A DNA stretch of 64,000 nucleotides, taken from NCBI GenBank assembly GCA_002401485.1, contig NVTF01000002.1, positions 4,299-68,298 on the forward strand, read 5' to 3'. A program made the translations under genes and the position numbers. Shown here in pieces: positions 49,401-58,400 of the stretch. The stretch's first letter is position 1. Each line of letters starts with the position of its first letter. This stretch comes from Elusimicrobiota bacterium. GTDB lineage: Bacteria > Elusimicrobiota > Elusimicrobia > UBA1565. The notes beneath the pieces were generated by a model. It was not told the origin of the DNA, searched no databases, and saw only the letters and a list, made by a program, of their open reading frames with translations.

Positions 49401-52400
49401 CGAGCGCGCTTGGGCCCGTCCCAGTATTTGGCCGTACCTTAACGGTGAACTGGCTTGGGGGCAACAATCCCAGCGGCACCGAGTTTTTCGCGGAAGTCTC
49501 CACCGCAACCGGCTTCACAGGCTCCCTGGACCAAGACTCCGCGTGGATCACATCCCTGAGCCATACCTTTACCGGTCTTGCTCTGAACACGACGTATTAT
49601 TCCCGGGTGAGGGCTCGCAACGGAGACTTCGTCGCAACCCCGTTTACGGCTCTCTTCTCAACAATGACATTGCCGTTTGAGGATACACTGCCTCCCAATA
49701 ATATTCTCTACTCAACGGCCAGTCCAACCTCGGTGGATGTCTCCTGGAGCCTGCTCGTTGCGTTCCAAGCACCGTTTTACGCCCTCTCAACGGACCCAGA
49801 CTTCACCACAACGGCCTCTTCACAGGCCGGCATCCCCGGGCAGGAGAGTGTTTCAATCGGCGGGCTGACTGTCAATACGACGTATTACTTCAAAGTAAAG
49901 GTTTCGACCGCACAGGATCTTTTCTACAGCATGGCCATCGCAACGGCGACCGAAGCCGTTACACCGATCGTGGGGCCCGGGGTCACGCTTTCTTCATCGA
50001 ATATCTCTCTCACATGGGGCGGCAGCGCAAATCCGGCTGGGACCGAGTTTTTAGCCGAGGCTGCCGTTAATTCCGGATTTTCGGCCGGCCTTGCCAGCGG
50101 TCCATGGTCAGCAGGATTTTCATCAACCTTTAGCGCACTCTCAGTCAATACGACCTATTATCTGCGCGTCCGGGCGCGCAACCACTATGGGCATCCGACG
50201 CCGGCCGATGTCGCGGCGCCGATAGCCACGGACGCCGAACCTCCCACCGCGGGGGCCCCGACGAGCATCACCTCCGCGACCTTCGCCGCGAATTGGGGCG
50301 CCGCCTCAAACCCGGCCGGCACTTTGTTCCTGGTCGAGCGCGCGACAGACACCGCTTTTGGGGGCGCTCTCGTGAATTCGGGATGGTCCACCGCATTAGC
50401 CTCGACCTTTACGGCATTAATCCCGAACACGACCCATTTTTTGCGGGTGCGAGCCCGCAGCAACAACGGAAATCAAACAGCAAACACATCCTTACCCACG
50501 GTTCTGACGCTCGCCGAACCTCCCGCCAGCGCTCCCTTCACGAATGTATTCGATATCCAGCTGACGGCGCATTGGGGCCTGGGTGCAAATCCCAGCGGCA
50601 CGGAATTTTTCACCGAGTTATCGAGCGCCGCAGACTATTCAGGCAGCGCCGATCAAAATACCGGTTGGGCCGCCAATCTCTCCAGCAATACTTTCTTTGG
50701 ACTGGCGAAGGCGACAACCTATTACCTCCGCACAAAAGCGCGCAACGCCGCATTCATTGAAACAAGCTTTGTCCCCATCGGTTCAACCGTGACCCTGACG
50801 TTCGATGCGCTTTTGCCGCCCACTCAAATCGTCTTCACGACGGCGACGACAACGACCCTGGACGCGACCTGGACACTGGAGAACGCAAGCCAATCTCCGC
50901 TGTTCGCTCTATCCTCAGTCGATGACTTTGCGACAACAATCTCCTCACTGACAGGGAGCGTTGCACAATCGAGCGCGACCTTCAATGCATTGGCGATCAA
51001 CACCACGTATTACTTCAAGATCAAGGTTTCCACTGCCATTGACCTCTTCTACAGTTCTCCGATCTCAACGGCAACCCTTGCCGCCGTTCCCATCAGTTCT
51101 CCAAGCGTGATCATTTCGTCGGTAAGCCTGGCCGCACATTGGCTCCTGGGAGCAAACCCCACCGGGACTCAATTCCTGGCGGAGGCCGCGCTTGACACCT
51201 TGTTCTCCAGCGGGCTCTCCTCCAACGCGTGGACCTCGAATCTAGTCTCAAGCTTTACGGCATTATCGGTCAACGCGACCTACTATCTCCGCGTCGGCGC
51301 TCGAAATTGGAGCGGCATAAAAACAGCGACCGTCTCGCTGCCGACACGCGCAACCAACGCGGGACTTCCGGGAACCGGCACACCGGTCGTTCTTTCCTCC
51401 AACGACGCGCGGGGGGAATGGACCGCGGGCGTCAATCCGGCAGGCACACTCTTCCAGGCCTCACTCTCAACGGACTCCGCCTTCTCCCCCGCATCAACAG
51501 CGGCGTGGACCCCCTTGACCAATTCCACGTTTACCGGCCTGTCCGTGAATACAACCTATTACTGGCGCGTCCTCGCACGCAGTCATAACGGATCCCAAAC
51601 GGCGAATGTATCTCTCACAACCACGCCCACCCTCGCCGATATTCCGGTTGCAGGCACACCGGCCGCCATTTCCTCTACGAATGTGCGCGCCGATTGGAAC
51701 TCCGGGAACAACCCCGCAGGCACTGAGTTCCGAGCGGAACTGGCGACGGATTCCCTCTTCACAACCAATACCGCCTCCGCAAGCTGGACAATCCTGACAG
51801 ACTCCACCTTTACGGCGCTCACGCCCAATACAACCTACTATACGCGGGTTCGGGCCCGAAACCACGCAGGCGTCGAAACGTCTACGGTCGCATTAACAGA
51901 GGTTCCAACCAACGCAGCTATTCCGATCTCGCTGACTCCCGTCATTCTTTCGACAGCGGACTTCTCACTCTCCTGGACGGCAAACAACAACCCTGCGGGG
52001 ACCCTGTTCCTTGCGGAAATGGGCACCGACCCCGATATTTCGGCGGGTGTGCAGACGTCTGGATGGATCAACGCAACCTTCACCACCTTCACCGCGCTTT
52101 CTCCCAACACAACGTTTTACGCTCGCGTGCGGGCGCGCAACCACGCGGGAGTCGTGACGACAACCGACGCGGTGCGCACCGCAGTGAGTGCCGCCAAGGA
52201 TCCCGTCTCCATTGATCCCGTCGTATTATCGTCTGCAGACATCAGCGCCCGCTGGGATACCGATGGCAATCCATCCAATACGGAATTTTTTGCAGAAGCC
52301 GCGCTCAATTCCGGATTCTCCGTTGGACTCATGAACAACGGCTGGCTTACAGGATCGGCATCGACATTTACAACCCTCACGCCCAACACCAGTTATTATC

Positions 52401-55400
52401 TCCGCGTCAAAGCCCGCAGCCATGCGGGAGTCGAAACGGGCTTCACCACGCTTCCCACAACAATGACCTTCTCCGACCCGCCGACCTCCCAGCCGCTCAC
52501 CCGCGTCTTCGGGTCGAAGCTCACGACGCATTGGGGATCCGCCTCCAATCCGCCGGGGACGCGTTTTTCCGCGGAAGTATCGACAGCAACCGATTTCACC
52601 GGATCCAATGACCAAACAACCGCATTCATAGCCGAATTGAGCTATACCTTTGTCGGCCTGATTCTTGATACGACGTATTATTCCCGCGTTCGTGCTGAGA
52701 ATCTTCGCGGCGCGCTCTCTGCTTACACGGCTCTCCCCACAACAACAACACTCGCCAGCGAAACGCTGCCTCCAACCAACATCTCATTTGACACCGCCAC
52801 AGCAACCAGTCTCGATGCTTCGTGGATCCTCGATAACCCGACCCAAACACCTTTCTACGCCCTCGACGTATCTTCGGCATTTGCGGCTCCGGCCTCTTCG
52901 GTGACGGGATCGGTCGGCCAATCGAGCGCTTCGATCGGGGGACTAATCCCCAACACCACCTATTGGTTTGTGATCAAGGTTTCGACCGCGTTGGATATTT
53001 TTTACAGCATCCCGTTAGCATCACCGACGTTGGCAGCGGCCCCGACCTCAGGTGCCTCCGGTGCGGTTTCCGACGGCTCGATTCTTGCGGTCTGGAATGC
53101 CAACGCCAATCCTGCCGGAACAGAATTTTTCGCCGAACGCGCCCTTGATGCAGCGTTTACAGCCAGCCCGACGAACTCGGGCTGGATCACCAACACGAGT
53201 TTTATCTTCAGCCCGCTCTCTGCCAACACAACGCAATATATTCGCGTCCGCGCGAGAAATCTCAATCGTGTGGAAACGTCAACCGTTTCCCTTGGCGCCG
53301 TAGTCACGCTTGCCAAACTCCCCAGCGCCCCCGCCAGCGTCGGTCTCTCTTCGGCTGATGTATTCGTCTCCTGGTCTACCGGAACCAATCCCACGGGAAC
53401 CCAATTCTTGGTTGAAATATCGACCCACGCCGGGTTCGCAACTCTCGCGGATTTTGCGGGATGGACGGATTTTCGCGAATCCACGTTTACGGGGCGAACC
53501 CCGAATACGCTCCACTATAGCCGCGTTAAGGCCCGCAACGCCGTCAACATTGAAACGAGCTTCGTCGCTATCCCGTCCACCTGGACGTTTGCCGAGCAGC
53601 CTTCCACCGGGGCCCCAACAAACATTCTAGGAGAAGCAATTACAACGACCTGGGGGATTGGCGGCAACCCCGCAGGAACCGAATTCTTCGTTGAAATATC
53701 CACGGCGGTGAGTTTCCTTGGGAACGCCGACCAGAACTCCGGCTGGGTCACAACCTCCTCGCATACATTTAACGGCCTTATACTGGCCACCACCTATTAC
53801 TCCCGCGTTAAAGCGCGCAACGGCGTTTTACAAGAAACCGCCTTCACAATCCTGGCCGCAACCCTCACCCTTCAAAGTCAATCTGCCCTTCCCCCGACAA
53901 ATATTCAGTTTACAACCGCGAGCGTCGTATCCCTGGACCTCTCTTGGAACATGAGAAACCCAACGGAAGCACCGCTGTACGCCCTGTCGTTGTTTCCCAA
54001 CTTCATCACCACGATCTCCTCCCAAACGGGGACCCTCGGGCAAGAAAACGTCACTCTTACCGGCCTCGGCGCCAACACCACGTATTACTTTAAGATAAAG
54101 GTCTCCACCAGCCAGGATCAATTCTACAGCTCGGTCATCAGCACCGCCACACAAGCGAAGGACCCGGGCGCGCCTGCGGCTGTCGCAATCTCTTCCAACG
54201 ACTTGCAACTGGATTGGAATGCCAACGGCAATCCCGCCGCGACCGAATTTCTAGCGGAGGCGGCATTGGACTCCGGGTTCACGGTTGGTTTGACCAGTGG
54301 CCCATGGGCAGCCGGAACCTCCTCAACATTCACGTCCTTGAGCGTGAACACCACTTATTTCACCCGTGTACGCGCCCGCAACCACAATCATCATCACACG
54401 GATCTCGTTTCCGCCTCGGCCGCGGCAACACTCGCCGAACCTCCCAGCACGAGTGCCATCGTTTTTGCCAGCACATGGATTACGGTTAATTGGATTCTCG
54501 GCGCCAATCCCGCCGGAACCGAATTCCGTGCGGAGGCTTCAACCGATGCAGTCTTCGCAGCGGCATTCTCCCAATCGGGCTGGGTCACAGGATTCTCCGA
54601 GACCTTCACGTCCCTAATCCCCAATACCACGTATTACCTGCGGCTGCGCGCACGCAGCCACTCCGGGACGGCAACCACCGCCTCCCAATTTCCAAACGTG
54701 CATACCCTTGCGTTCACACCGGGCTCACTCAGCCCGGATCGAAAATTCGCCACACGCATCACCAACCAATGGCTTCGCCTTTCCAACCCGCTGGTCACCG
54801 AGTTTTTCACTGAAATTTCCACCGCCGCTGATTATTCCGGCGCCGCCGACCAAAATTCAAATTGGGTTGCGAATTCGAGTCACACCTTTACCGGCTTGAT
54901 CGTCAATACCACTTATTATTCCCGGGTCAAAGCGCGCAACGGGCTCGGCGTTGAAACGGCAATCACGATGCTGCCGACAACAACAACACTCTTAACCGAA
55001 ACCCTTCCCCCCGACGGCATACGCTTCGATACCGCGACGGTATCGACGCTTGATGTCTCGTGGCAGCTGGATAACCCGACGCAAACACCCTTCTACGCCC
55101 TGTCACTCGTTTCAAATTTTGCAACGACGATCTCCTCGACCATCGGCGCATTAGCGCAATCGAGCGCCTCAATCGGCGGCCTTTCCCTTAACACGACGTA
55201 TTGGTTTACGATCAAGGTTTCAACCGCCATCGATCTTTTTTACAGCAATCCCATCGCGACCCCGACGCTCGCCGGCGTCGCGGCAAGTTCTCCAAGCGTC
55301 ACACTAACTTCCACCAGTCTTCAAGCGCATTGGCTGATCAATGGAAATCCCGGGGGGACTGAGTTCCTGGCGGAGGCCGCGCTGGACCCATCCTATACAA

Positions 55401-58400
55401 GCGGCGTCGCGTCAGGCACATGGGCGACGCCCCTGGTTTCAACGTTTACGGCGTTGTCGGTCAATGCCACCTATTATCTGCGCGTTCGCGCGCGCAATTG
55501 GGCGGGCATAGAAACCTCAACCCTAACACTGCCGGAAACGGTCACGCACGCCGCGCTGCCTTCGACAGCCGCAACAGCCGCTCTTTCAACCGGGTCGCTT
55601 GCTGCCACTTGGACTGCGAATTCAAACCCGGCAGGGACTCTCTATATTGCGGAAACCTCCACATCGGCGGCCTATGACACCCTCGCGACTACCGGATGGA
55701 ACGCCGTGGCGTCGGCGACATTCACCGCCCTCCTGCCCAATGCCACCTATTATCTGCGTGTACGCGCGCGCAATCACGCGGGCGTCGAAACCGTGAACGT
55801 CAATTTCGATCCGCGCGCAACCGACGCACGCGACCCGCTCACCGGCACACCGGTGACGCTTTCCTCCGCGGATCTGCGGGCGGTGTGGGGTGCAGACACA
55901 AACCCGGCCTCAACCCACTACTTCAGCCAGATCTCACTCGACGCCGCGTTCACAACGGGATTGGCCTCAGCGGGCTGGGTAACCGGAACAACCTCTACCT
56001 TCTCCGCCTTGGTCCCCAATACGAGTTATTACCTCCGGGTAAAGGCGCGCAGCCATGGAGGCGTCGAATCCGGCTACACCACACTCCCGACAACCATGAC
56101 CTTCGCCCGACCGCCGGCTTCCCTCATCGGAGAACAGGTGTTTGCCACTCAGCTGACCGCACGCTGGGACGTTTTGAACAACCCGGTCGGCACGGAATTT
56201 TTGGCCCAATTGTCGACCGCTGCGAATTTCAGCGGAACCTTGCTGCCCTCCGGGTGGACGACAAATTCGAGCCATACATTTACAGGTTTGAGCAACACGA
56301 CGACCTATTACTCCCGCGTGCAAGCGAGGAATGCACATCTGGCGGTGTCGGCATTCACGTCTCTGCCGACCACGGTAACCCTGACAGCGGAAGCGCTGCC
56401 GCCGACGAATATCCTCTTCGCTACCTCAACTTCAACCACCCTCGATGTGTCGTGGACACTAGACAATGCAAGCCAGGCGGCCTTCTTCGCCTTAGGAATC
56501 TCCTCCAATTTTGCAGCACCGATTTCCTCCGCGACCGGCAATGTCAATCAATCAACGGCTTCGTTTGGCGCGCTCACCGCGAATACAACCTACTGGTTCC
56601 GCATCAAGGTTTCGACGGCATCCGATTTGTTCTACAGCGTCCCGATCGCAACCATGACGCGCGCTTCAGCTCCCCTCGCAGGCACACCCGTCGCCTTGTC
56701 TTCCGTTGCCCTGCGTGCGGGTTGGACCGCCAACGGAAATCCCGCAGGAACTCAATTCCTGCCGGAGGCCGCGCTCAACACCGTCTTCACCGTCGGCGTT
56801 GTGAGCGGAACGTGGACAACCGGCCTCACCCAGGATTTCTCAGGCCTTAGTTCCAACGCCACCTACTATCTTCGCGTGCGCGGCAGGAACGGACATCACA
56901 TCGAAACCGCCACAACCACATTGACGGCGACCGCCACCCACGCCGGCGCGCCGGGATCGGCGGCCGCCTCCCAGCAGTCCTCCACCACCGTCCGGGTCAA
57001 TTGGACGGCGAACGGAAATCTCTCGCCGACATCCTATGTGGCTGAAATCGCGACATCCGCGGCGTTCGCTTCGCTAACCGCTTCCTCGACAACCTTCGAA
57101 ACATTCGCGGACTTCGCCGGTCTCGATACCAGCAAACTCTACTTCTCCCGAGTATTGGCGATTGGGCATGGTGGGACCAACAGTGTAAACACCTCCCTGC
57201 CCGACGCGGTGACGCTTGCCACTGCACCAACCGGCGGCTCCATTATTTCCGTATTCGGGCAAAGCGTAACATTGGACTGGAACGTTAACGGAAATAATGT
57301 CGGCACTGAATTTCAACTCGAACATTCCACCGCCGCCAATTTCACCGGAACCCTCGTAAAATCATTGTGGATCACGCAGTCGTCGCACACCTTCGCAGCA
57401 CTGCAGGCAGTCACGACCTATTATTTCCGGGTCAAAGCCCGCAATCCGGGGTTAGTCGAGACCAACTTCCTCGTTCTTCCCTCTACGCTGACGTTAACTC
57501 CACCCAACGCACCCACCGCTGTCGCCTTCACCAATGCGACGATTGCTTCGCTGGACCTCGCCTGGACGCATGGCAACCTCGGCATCACCCCGCTTTACGC
57601 CCTTTCGACGCGCGACGACTTCGCGACCACGGTCAGTTCTCAAACGGGCGTAGTCAATCAAGAAACCGTCACGTTATCGGGACTTTCCGCCAACACAACC
57701 TATTATTTCAAGGTCAAATTCTCGACCGAAACCGATGACGGGTATTCCTTCCCGATCGCGACCGCGACGCTCGCCGCAGTCCCGTCGGCCCCGAGCCAAA
57801 CCGCCGTTACCACGCACTCCGTTTCCGCCTCCTGGAGCGGAGGCTCCAACGGACCCAATACCGTATATATTTGGGAACTGGACGATGATCCTGGATTCGG
57901 TTCCGTTGACGCCTCCAGCAGCACACTCACAACGGCCGCGACCATTGCCGGTCTCTTCGGAAATACCCGCTACTTCGGACGTGTGCGCGCCGTGAACCAC
58001 CAAGGCAACCCCTCGGAGAACTCCAGCCTCGGCGCCTTCGCTACCCTCGCACGGGCGCCCATCGCGGTTGCGTCGCCCTTTGTGACGGTAACCTTCACGA
58101 GCGTCACGGTTCAGTGGACGGCATTTCCTTCCTCACCCTCCAGCACCTCAGCGCAAGGTTTTGTTGTGGAAGCGTCCACCGCCTCCGATTTCTCGGGAAC
58201 AATTTCCTCCAATTCCATCCTGGCGTTGACGGACCGGCTCGCCCTCGCGGGACTCGCCGATTTGCCGACATTATTCTTCCGCATTGGATCGCTCAATCCG
58301 GATCTCACGCCTAATTATCTATCCCTAGGCTCGACCCTCCCACTCACGGCCGCAACGACCGGCCAGATGTTCATGAATGCAGAGCCGTTTAGCGTGACAC

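Noticed and set aside
43500-58300. Regularly spaced repeats that could be mistaken for a CRISPR array or an assembly collapse
   Set aside because: The units are ~285 nt, ~80% identical rather than near-identical, and in-frame, encoding FN3-like beta-sandwich units. There is no short direct repeat with unique spacers and no cas genes.
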